From an uncultured bacterium (GTDB lineage Bacteria > DAOPZR01), in contig CAZWUZ010000008.1 of assembly GCA_964637655.1 (NCBI GenBank), positions 1 to 35,047 on the forward strand: 35,047 nt of DNA, given 5' to 3'. The translations under genes and the position numbers were made by a program. This document shows positions 16,482 to 28,400 of this stretch, piece after piece. How positions within the stretch are numbered: the stretch's first letter is position 1; each line of letters opens with the position of its first letter. A model generated the notes under the pieces. The model was not told where the DNA came from. It saw nothing but the letters and a program-made list of their open reading frames with translations, and did no database searches.

Positions 16482-19400
16482 ATGAAAAAGATGGCAAATT
16501 ACCTCTGGGCGCAGTTGCTGATTATGTCAATTGTGCTTTTGACTACAGGCGCTGCACATGCAGGGGTGAATGTCTCGAGTATCACTAAGGTCTCGAGTGG
16601 TAGTAACATCGCCATGGGTGGTTGGGCGACCTTGTTCTCCTTTACTGTGACAAATACAGATACGGCTAATGCGACGTTTAACACGTTTAACATATCGGTG
16701 ACCCCTGCATCTGTTTCTTCATGCAGTCCGCCGATTGTAAACGTTGCAATATCTGCAGGTTCACCAGGGATAAATCCTCAAACTGCAATCAATATGCTTT
16801 CTGAAACTATTACGGTCGGGGATGTCATTACCGATGGGAGTAGCACGACGTACTACATTGCCGTTCAGGCAAAGGGGGACGGGCTTCAAGATGAAGACAA
16901 GTTTACTGTCACGGTAAGTAATTTTACTTTTACCCGATATACCGGTCCCTTCACTGCAACTCGTACACAAAGTTATGATCTTACTGTCGAGATGGGATTC
17001 TCGGCGATTCTTGGAGAAGGATACTATTGGACGATTCCAGCCCACTCCCATCCCGTTGCTTTGTTTGAGTTTGGTGATATGTCCGGCAGTGGACAGTTTG
17101 TAACATCCGTTGATCCTCCTGGGGGGAATACCACAATCAACGAATTTAATTTGACTATCGTTGACACCGATGCAGTGGCGAAATACGCGATGCTTTCAGC
17201 AATGGGAGAATTCGGCAACGTGTCGTCCGGAGAAACTATTCCCAATCCAACGAACATCCAATTGAACGACTTGTATACTTCGCTAGTGATCAGTAATTTC
17301 AAAAACATTGCCATCTACGAGGACGTAGATGGCAATCATTGCTGGACGCCTTCCGACAGAATTGTTGGTTCTCCGACGATTACCTATGGGATAGATCCGC
17401 TGACTGGTTTGCATAAGATTAACTTGAAATCAACAGTCGCGGTGCCGGAAAGTGATGATGATAGTACCTATCTTCTGTGTATCGCTACTGCCTCAGGGTG
17501 GGGGGAGAACAAAGTAGGGTATGGCGACGAGTTTTCTGTATACATTGATTCGATTGTTATGAATACTTCGCATCCGGTTGTTGATGACTCGATGTCAGTC
17601 GCGGGTGGCGGCGACGGGGAAGTAAAGAGTGGTATGCTCTACACGGTGGTGGGACCTATAACCACTTACTCCGATTCAAAATTCACTCCATCGATTGACG
17701 GGCGGGCACTTGATGTGACCCGTGGCGTGCGCATGCTGGACGTTTTCTTTGGTTTGCCGACGGAAGACCCGGTCACCGGAAACACCAATAACACGTTTCT
17801 TGATTTTATTCCTGATGCGGTATTGGGCATAGACGCCACAGGAGGCCCTTCCCAGCCATGGTTGCAGGAGGTGAGCAATTGGCCGGCGGCAAGCTCGCAG
17901 GCATTGGAACAAATCAGGATATGTTTTGAACATGGCGGGTCTCGCCGATTCTCGCCGTCTGATTTGCGTGCGTTGACCGGCGATAAGCATAGCGGGGTAC
18001 AAGTATATCGCGATTATAACCCGCCGAGCGGAGCTGGTTCCGACGAATCACGAAACGGTATGCTTGATCCGCTTGATGAACTTATCCCCATTGCTGTTTC
18101 CGACTGCATCTGGACGGAATTTGATACCGGGGCTGAGTTGAAACTGGTACTTGATAATGGGGAAAAACTTCCCTTGACTGGGTGGCATTCAACCTACAAC
18201 ACTCGATTGGGGGCAAGCAGCACCATCAATAACGCGGGCCCTGACTTTTTTGTGACGATTTTGTTGTCTGAGGATGCTGATTACGGGGACTCGTTTACGG
18301 TACGCGTGCCGGGAGGCGGACTGACGTTCTCCAACGGAACCTCCAATCCGACCCCCAAGACACTTTCCGTGCTGAGTGATACATTCCTGGTAAGTGTGCC
18401 AACAATGTTCTACGATATGACCGAATATTGGGCAAACCCTGGAGAAATCACGGAACGCAGCGAACCGTATGCAGTTCTCGGCTTGAATGTTTCGGACACA
18501 CCGACTGATACAGCGTATCTCAAAAGTGTTGGGATCTATATCCAGAACATTTCCGGCGGCACCGACTTTACTGTTGATGATCTGATGCCGCTTGGGGACA
18601 CTATTTATTCTGGTGTTGCCCTTTATCGGGATTGTGATACTCATCCGCAGAACACCAATGGTCAGTTTGATCCGGGTATTGATATCTGCCTGCCGTTGAA
18701 CGGTACGGAGTCATGGGCGTTTGGCCAGTACAATGACCACTACAATGATCATTTTACCCGGCTTACCGTTGCGGATTCTACATTCACGTCAGTGCCTAAT
18801 GACGACCTTGGGGCGAACGGTGGGCCTGACTTTTTTATCGTTATCCGTACGTCGTCAACGGCAAGTAATGGTCATGATTTCCGAGTGAAGATGGTTGATC
18901 CAGCGGCGGTGGTGTTTGAAAATGCTTCCGGAGCAGTATCCTCTATTTCATTCCATAACGCTGATCCGGCAACCAACGGAATAATCGCGTATTACGACCC
19001 GACGGCTACGTACTATGCAGCCGGGAGTTTGCCGCCGGCATGGCTGGTGCTTGAATCCTGGGATCCCGCCTACACCCACGACTGGTGGAGTTTCACTTCA
19101 AACACGATTCGTATTACGGCAATTTCTGCCCTGTCGATTGAGGATTACACGATTCCCGGTCAGCTGGTGGATGTTCAGAGTGATGCGGTTCCAGTTTTCG
19201 GTATCAATATCTCCGATGGCACAGATGGAAACGAATTGCTGACAGGAGTCACGGTCCGTGTCAGTGATGGTGGAACGGCTGGCAATTTTACCACCTCCGA
19301 TCTTGCTGCACTGACCAGTGGGCTTGCAAGCGGTATTAGCCTTTATCAGGATAATGGGGATTCCCATGGTATATTCGACGCTAACGATGACATTGTGCAG

Positions 19401-22400
19401 TGCGGCACGTTGAATTGGACGGCAAATGGAGAAGTTACACTTGCGCCGACCGCAGGGGTGGCCATTCCCGATGACGACAGCGGCAACAACGCCGGCGCCG
19501 ATTTCTTTGTTGTTTTTCGCACGAGCGCATCGATTAACTACCTCGACGATTTCGTGTTATCCCTTGTTCCTCGCGGGGTTCAAACGAATTTGAGCTATTC
19601 GGATCCGACAGTCACCGATACAACTCATGTACTTACATGCCGGGTGCCTACTTTCCTGACGGACCTAACCACTAGCGAACAGAAAATTGGAGCGAGCAGT
19701 GATCCGTTTGCTGTTATCGGCATAAACATGAACGACCAACTTAACAACCTTGCCGATGGACAGGATACGTTTGCCAAATTGACGGTGGCGTTCTCCAACA
19801 TTGGAGGAGATCTTGCGTTTACCAGCAGCGACTTGGCGGCACTGCTGAATGATACAAGCAGTGGCATATCGGTGTGGATTGATCAGGGCTCAAACAACGT
19901 GGGTTCGTTTGACCGCAATACGGATTTGATGGTTCCACTCACCGTCGCGCCCGTGTGGTCGGGAATCGGTGACTCGCTGGTGGTACTATTGGATATTGCC
20001 GATCAGGCGATTCCTGGTAATGATACGGGCGATAATGCTGGCGTGGATTTTTACGTGGTAATCCGCAGCAGCGGGAGTATCAGTTATGATGATAACTTCA
20101 GCGTGTCCGTCGTACCGCAGGGAGTTGAGTATTTCAGCGGCAAATCATTAAAAACTCTGACGACGAATTCCATTACCTCAAACGCGGTCACCTCAACCGA
20201 ACTGACTGACCTGGTGGGCAGCGGCGGCGCGTGGATCGAGTCGCACGGCGATACCCTGCCGATCATCGGTATCAACGTTTACGACGCTCCGTCCGGCAGC
20301 GAGTACATCAGCCAGATCACCCTGCGTTTCCGCAATACGGGCACAGCCCTCGGGGTGTTCGATGACAGCGATCTGGCGGCGCTGAGCAGCGACGTGCTGG
20401 GCGGCATCCAGCTCTATCGCGATGACGGCACCACGGACGGGCAGTTCGACGCGGCCGACTCGCTTATCCCGCTCAACGGGGCGCAGTCGTTCTCGCCGCT
20501 CGGCATGGCCTCGGACTCCTACCAGGTGACCATCATGCCGTTCAGCACCGACGACGTGCAGCTGCCGGCGGACAACGTCACTGACGGCAATGTCGGGCCC
20601 GACTTCTACATCGTGGTCAAGACCAGCAGCACGATGCAGTACGGCGACGATTTCTTTGTCGAACTCGAGCAGAACGGCATCAGTTATTCCGCCGGCCCGG
20701 CGGCCGACACCATCGCCACCGGGGTCATCACCTGCCGCGTGCCGACGGTTATTACCGACCTGGCGACCGAGACGGGGAGCGTGTACAAGCGCGATAACAG
20801 CGATACCTTCGCCATCCTCGGCATCAACACCTGGGACAACGGGCGTGACGTGCACCTCAAGACGGTCAAGGTGACGTTCACCAACGTCTCCGGGTTTACC
20901 CTCAGCGACCTCAATGTGGCGCTCTATCGCGATGCGGGCGCGGCCAACGGCGTGCTCGATGCGCTGGACACGCCGCTGCTGACCACGCAGTCGTCCAACC
21001 AGAACGTCCTGACCCTGACCCTGGCGGCGACGGGCACGGACAGCAGCGTGCCCAATACCGACGCCGGTGTCGACCAGGGGGCGGATTTCCTCGTGGTTAT
21101 CGGCACGACGGGGAGCGCCAACTGGAAGAGCGGTGACCGCTTTACCTACGCCATTGCGCCGGGCGGGCTCGAGTTTGAGACGGCGGCGCAGACCATCACC
21201 TCGCAGCGCAGCGGCTACTCGGCCAACAGCATTATCGGGGACATCACCCCGCCCAACTTCGTTTCGACCACCACCACCGACGCCGACCGTGTTTACCGGA
21301 GCGGCGACACGCTGACGTTCACCTCGAAATGGACGGAGGCGGTGACGGTGGTGGCGCTGTTCCCCGACACCACTATGGTCGGCAGCAACCAGGGAAACGG
21401 TAATTTCTACTTCAGTTACCCGGTGCCTACCCCGGTGACCGGGCTCGGCGACACGCAAATCTGGGTGATTGCCACCGACGCGCAGGGGAACACGGTGGCG
21501 AACAACACCTACGGGGTTGAGTTTGACACGGACGGGCCGTCGTTTGTCACCTGGGGCTGGGGGGACACGCCGCCAATCTACAGTGACGGCGACACCGTCA
21601 CCCTCTACGCCTCGTTCAATGCCGATGCGGGTGCGGATGCCTACGGCACCGACTCCATCGTCGTCACGGCTGACTTCTCGGCGGTTGATTCGGCGTTCGA
21701 TACCGCCAACGTTACGGTAACGCGCCTGGCTGCCGACCGGTGGAAGATCACCTACGTCATCAGCAGCGGCAACACGAAGGCCGACGCGGACACCATCCAC
21801 GTGCGCCTGCTCGCACATGACTACGCCAACTACGCCAGCGATACCGGGGCGTGGCTCAAGCTCGACAATACCGGGCCGCAGATTACCGCGGTCACCTGGC
21901 TGCCGACGACCGGCGACCAGAATGTGCGCAACAGCAAGGTGGTGCACTTCACTTTCAACGTCAACGAGACGACCGATACCACCCGCACCGTGGTCGATTT
22001 CGGGCAGGTCGACGCGGGGTATCTCGCCGCCAATGTCGCCACGGTCAGCCCGAACGGTACCTTCTACGACATCACCTATACGGTTACCGCGGGGAATACG
22101 CGGCAGGATAACGAGCAGATCGCGGTGAGCATCACGCTGTACGATGCGGCCGGCAATATGACGACGGACAGCGCCACGGTCCGGGTCAACCTCGATAATA
22201 CCAACCCGTCCGCGCTGATCACTTCGCCGGCGGATTCCACGGCGTTCAACTCGTCGCCCATCAGCATTTTCGGCACCGCCAACGACCCGGACGGCAACAG
22301 CGCCATCGACGGCAAACAGGCGTCCGAGGTGGCGGCAGTGCGCCTGCGTGTCATCGCTGACACCGGCGCCGGCCTGACGGTGCTCCCCGGCTACGGCGAT

Positions 22401-25400
22401 ACCACGGCGTTTTCCACTGCCGACACGGCGGCCGGCGAACTGGCCTACAGCAAGTGGCAGTTTGTCTTCCGCCCGACCGACACCGGCACCTATTACCTGA
22501 GCACGGTGGCGGTCGACCAGGCGGGCAACCCGGTCGCCTACGCGTCGGCGTTTGCCGACACGACGGTCATCCGCTATCTGCCGGCGCAGGCCGACCTGCT
22601 GCCGCCGACCATCAGCAACCTGCAGGCCAGCCCGAGCCCGTTCTCACCCAACGGTGACGGGGTCAAGGACACCACCTACATCCAGTACTCGCTGTCGGAG
22701 CAGTGCGCGACGGCGACCATCACCCTCAAAAACAGCAGCAACAGCACCGTGCGCGTGCTCACCGGCGATACCGGCGCGGGCGCCAACGAGGTCGCGTGGA
22801 ACGGCCGCCATACCGACGGCTACATCCTCCCCGACGGGCTCTATACGTTCACCGTGCGCGCCGTCGATCCGGGCGGCAACAGTGCTCAACTGAGCGGTTC
22901 GGTACGCATCGCCACCGCCCTGCCGACCATCACCAGTGTGTCGGCCACGCCGTCGGAGATATCCCCGAACGGCGACGGGATCAACGAGAACAGCACGATC
23001 AGTTTCACCGTCGGCAACATGGCGTCGTCGGAACTGCTCGGCAATCTGACCTACACCAAGACGGCCGGCAGCGCGAGCGTTGCCACCACCTGGGCAAACC
23101 CGGTCTACACCCCGGTGTCGCCGTCGAAACTGGCACTGGTCACCCAGGAGCCGTTCACCTACAGCGTGAGCGTCACGGTGCAGGGGACGGACGCCAACGG
23201 CTTCGCGGTGAGCGACCAGTTCACCATCACCGCCAACACCGCCGCCAACACCATCATCACGACGGACAACGGCATCGCCTTCCAGACGGTGAGCAGCCTC
23301 AGCGTGGCGAACAGCGGGGCCGCGACGGGCGACGCCTTCGCCTATGACGCCAAACTGTACACCAATGTCGGCAGCGCGCTGCTGCGCGTGGTTGACGCGC
23401 TCGGCGCGTCGGTTACCTCGTCGGTCGTCCTCAGCCCGACCTTCATCGGCGCCGGCACCTACACCGGCCAGTGGCCGGCCGGGGCGCAGGCGGACGGGGT
23501 CTACACCTACCAGATCACCGTCATCGACGATTTCGGCAACGAGGCGGCGGCGTCGGGGAACATCACCTGCGCGTCGACCCGCATCGAATTGAGTGGCGTC
23601 GGGGCAACCCCCTACACCACCATCTCGCCCAACGGCGACCTGGTGCGCGACAACACCTTCATCACCTACACCATCAACAAACCGGCGCAGGTGACGGTGC
23701 AGATCTTCAGCGGCGCCACCGCGGTGACGACGCTGCAGGCGGACACCACGACGCGTGCGGCGGGGACCTACGCGGCGCAGTGGGACGGCGACACCAACGG
23801 CATCCTGCCGTCCGTGGCCAGCGGCGAGTACACCGCCCGCGTCACGGCTTACGACCCGGCACTCAACGAGTCGGTGCTGGGCGAGGTCACCATCACGGTC
23901 GACAACGAGCGGCCGGATACGCCGGTCATTATCTCCCCGCGCCAGGAGGCGACGGGCGACGGCAACAGCGACGGGCTCCCCGGCATCGGCGGTTTTGACG
24001 ACGACAACGACGGCGCCGCCGACGCGGCCGATCCGGAGGTGCTGGCGGCGACAACCGACGCCACCCGTGACGGGATCGACAACGATTTTGACGGCGTCAT
24101 CGATGAGGCGACGGAAACCTACGTGGCCGCCTGGGATGACAACGAGAACGGGATGCACGAGGAGCCCTACTTCGTTGCCAGCACCCCGGTTTCCGTCACC
24201 GGGACGGCGGAGGCGAACAGCACGGTAACGGCGTTCATCAACGGCGGCAGCGCCGGGTCGGCGACCACCGACGCCTTCACCTCGTTCACCATCGCCAACG
24301 TGGCGCTCAGCGAAGGGCTCAACCGCCTGACCGTGCGCGCCACTGACGGGGCGGGCAATGTCGGCAACGTCACGACACAGCAGCGCATCGTGCTCGACAG
24401 TATCGAGCCGGCCATCGACTATGTCGTGGCGGAAACCACGGTGATTGCCGCGGCGGAGACCGTGCGCACGACCGTCACGCAGTTCATCGTTTTCCTCGAT
24501 GACGGGGCGCTCGGCAGCGGGGTCGACTGGACCAACTCGTCGGTGACCCTGTACAAGGATAACGCCCCGCAGCCGGTGACGGTGACGGCCGCCTACAGTG
24601 TCACCTACAGCCGCTGGTGCCTGACGGTGGTGCCGACGACGGCGCTGACCAGCATTGGCAACAACGGCAACTACGAGTTGCGGGTCTCCGCCCGTGACCG
24701 CCTCGGCAACAGCGGCACGGAGAACTTTGCCTTCACCTACCAGAATCTCACCCCGGTCATCAGTACGCCCGCAACGGGGACGACGGTTGACAATGTCAGC
24801 GTTTCCGTCACCGGGCAGGCGCTGGCGACGTCGAGTGTTTACCTCCAGTATTCGTCCGACAGCGGGGCGACCTGGACGTCGACCGACTCGGTGGCGGCGC
24901 ATGCGACGCTCAACCTCTTCAGCAAGACCCTGACCCTGCCGGCGGCGGACGGCGCCTACACCCTGCGCGCCTACTCGGAACTTGCCGGGGCGGTCAGCGA
25001 CTATTCCAACAGCGTGGTCGTCTACCTCAACCGCACCTTCCCCACGGTGGCGATTTCCAGCCCGGCTGACGAGAGCGACACCAACGGCTACCCGATGGTG
25101 ATCACCGCGCAGCTGACCGCCGGGGCCAGCCCGACGTATGTGCGTTTCGGGGCCGACCTCAATGGCGACGGCAGCAGCGACACGTATTATTACGACGCGG
25201 TGCAGCCGTTCCAGTGGCTGTTCTACCCGCCGACCCCCAACCGCGAGTACACCTTCCGCACCTGGGTGAGCAAGGGCGGGGACACCGGTTCCGCCTCGTC
25301 TGCGGTCGACGTGATGTACGATACGGTGCTGCCGACGGTGATTTCCGTGCCCTCGGCCGGTTCCTACATCACCGATACCCCGACGTATGTCGAGATCATC

Positions 25401-28400
25401 GTTTCCGATACGCACTCCGGGGCGGACTTCACCCGCACCACGCTGCGCCTCTATCAGGCGGGCGTGCAGGTCTCGGGCGGCACCGTGCCGGTGAGTGCGA
25501 CGACGCTGCGCCTCATCCTGGCCGCGCCGCTGGCCACCAGCGGGCAGTGCAGCATCGCCTACACGGTCTACGACAAGGCGGGCAACACGCGCACGGGGGC
25601 GGACACCTTCACCTTCGTGCAACTGGGTGACAGCAGCACCACCTTCTATCTGGTGACGACGGCGGGCCTGTCGATGGCTATCGATGACGGTGCGGATACC
25701 CGCTACGCCATCCGCTCGCTCTGGGTCAACATCCCCGACCCCAACGCGGGCAATGCCATCGCCCTCTACGATGCGCAGGGGGCGCTGGTGGCCTCTGATA
25801 CGACGGCCGGTGTTGCCGTCGACCAGTTCCGCAGCTGGGGAGTCAACGGCAACCTGACGGAGGGCAAGTACACCATCCGGGTAACGCAGCCCGATATGCT
25901 GCCCAACGTGGCGCAGGTGTCGTTTACGCTCGACACGACGCCGCCGACGATTACCACTTCGCCGGAGACCGGGGTCTACACGTCGAGCATTGATCCGGTC
26001 TATGCCTACATCGCGGACACGGCGACCCACGGCAATTACCCGTCCGGGGCCGACTATTACGGCTGCAGCATCACCCTGACCTGGCCGGGCGGCGTTGAGG
26101 GGCCGGCGGGCACGGTCGACGCGGCCAATGGCCGGGTCACCCTCTCCTCGCAGGTGGTGGCAACTGACGGCACGGAAGACGGCGCCGCTTCGCTGACGAT
26201 TACCGCGGTTGACGCGGTCGGCAACGCTGCCGTGCGCACGGTCAACTTCTTCTACGATTCGAAGGATCCCGCAGTCCGGGCCGCCGACCCGTACCTTTAC
26301 TGGACGTCAACCGACACCACACAGGCCTACCTGACGCTGAGCAACGGTTCGATTACCGAGCAGGACGTGGCGGTGGTGGCGGTGGCGCTCACCGACTCCT
26401 GGCTTGACCCGGCGCAGACGTCGGTCAAACTCTACAACAGCAGCAACACGCTGGTGGGCGGCACCGCCGGGCGCACGGGCGACACCTACTACTGGCGCCT
26501 GAGCAATCCGCTCAACACAGTCGGCGAAGCCGGAACCTACTACCTGCGCCTGACGGCCTACGACCTGGCCGGCAACGCGATCACCAGCCAGATCAGCTTC
26601 GCCTACTCGCCGGTGGACATCGAGCGCGACATTGTCGATTATGCCACCATTGAGGATACGCCAAGCAAGACGGGGGTGCAGACACGGCAGGTGGAGCCGG
26701 ACGGCGACTGGCTGCCGGTCCTGCGCCTGCGCCTGCGCGATACCAACCTCATCGCCTGGCTGCAGGGGCTGCGCGTCGATCTCGTCGATTCGGGGACGCC
26801 GGGCAACCTGAGCAGCAGCGACTTCACCCGGCGCACGGCGGCGGCAGGGAGCATTGTCGCCCTGTACAACGATGCCGGGTCGCGCACCGGCTACTTCGAC
26901 GCCGGGGACGCCCTGGTGGCCGCCAACTACCTGCTGCCGGAGAGCGGCTACGACACGGCCATCATCATCGCCCCGACGGCGCCGCAGCAGGTGCTCGACA
27001 CCTACACCTACTTCTACGTGGTGCTCAAGGGGAGCCGGAGCATGGACTTTGACGACGACTTCGTCGTCCGGGTGCCGCAGAACGGGCTCTTCCTCAACAT
27101 CGGGGCGAAGAACGACACGGCGTCGACGAACATCTACACGGCCAACATGCCGACGTTCTATAACGACCTGGTGACCGCCACCCCGCTCAACAGCAACTGT
27201 TCGACCGCGGTGATCGGCATCAGCGTGCACGACAATGTCGGCGGCAACGCCAATGCCATCCAGCAGGTGAAGGTGAAGTTCACCGGCGGTCCGAGTTTCA
27301 GCCAGTTCGACCTCGCCCCGCTGAGCAACGGTTCGGCCAGCGGCGTTTCGCTGTACCGCGACGACGGCGACGGGGTGTGGGATGCGGGCGACGTGTTCAT
27401 CGCCCCGAGCAGTGTGCCGACGTGGAGCTATCCGAACATCGCCACGCTCAACTTCAACAACGTCTTTGTCGGCGCGAACGTGCGCGGCGACTCGTACTTC
27501 GTGGTCGTCCGCACGAGCACGTCGATCCAGACGGGTGACACGTTCCAGGCAATCATCCCCGCCGAGGGGCTGATCTTCAACAACGGCGAGCGCGCGGAGA
27601 AGGGGTGCACCACCGCAGTCATCACCGCCAATGCCGACTACGATTCGCCGACCGGGCGCTTCACCGGTCCGGCCAACGGCAGTTTTCTCACCAACGACGC
27701 GCAGGTCAGCCAGACCAAGGCCGACCTGGTCTTCTTCATCGACAACACCTCGTCGATGCTGGGAGACATCACCGCGGTCAAAAACAACATCACCACGTTC
27801 GCCAACGATCTGGCGACCGCGGGGATCGACTACCAGCTGAGTTTGTACGCGTACAACGATCCGGGTGCGGCGCCGCCCGACACGTACGTCATCTACTACG
27901 GCAGCACCACCGACGTGAACACGTTCAAGGGCTGGGTGGCGCAGATTGACGCGCACAACGGCAACGCCCAGGACGAGATGGCCACCGAGGCGACGGTCGC
28001 GGCGCTGAACACCGGGGCCGATACGGCGGTGCCGTTCCGCTCGGGGGCGACCAAGTTCTTCATGTACTTCACCGATGGCGGCGTCTATGACAGCGTCGAG
28101 GGCGGGCCGTACACCCTGGACGAACTGCCGACGCTGCTGAACAGCAACCGGGTGACGCCGTACTTCATCTACAACCCGGCCAACCCGGCCAATCCGTCGG
28201 GCGGCGGCGGGCTGACCGCGGCTGACGAGTTCGAGCCGATCGCTCTGGCGACTGATGCGGAAACCGCCAACATCAGCACGGGGATTGCCACCATCCTCGA
28301 CAACCTGGCTGCATCCATCAGCACGAAACTGAGCGTGTCCCGCCTGATCGGCACCGCGCAGGATGAGGGCGGGGCCGGTCTGCGCGAGGTGCGCCTGGTC

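Noticed and set aside
16158-20210. Genomic island or prophage integrated at tRNA-Asp
   Set aside because: No integrase, no duplicate of the tRNA 3' end seen in the window, and the low-GC tract ends inside a continuous ORF.
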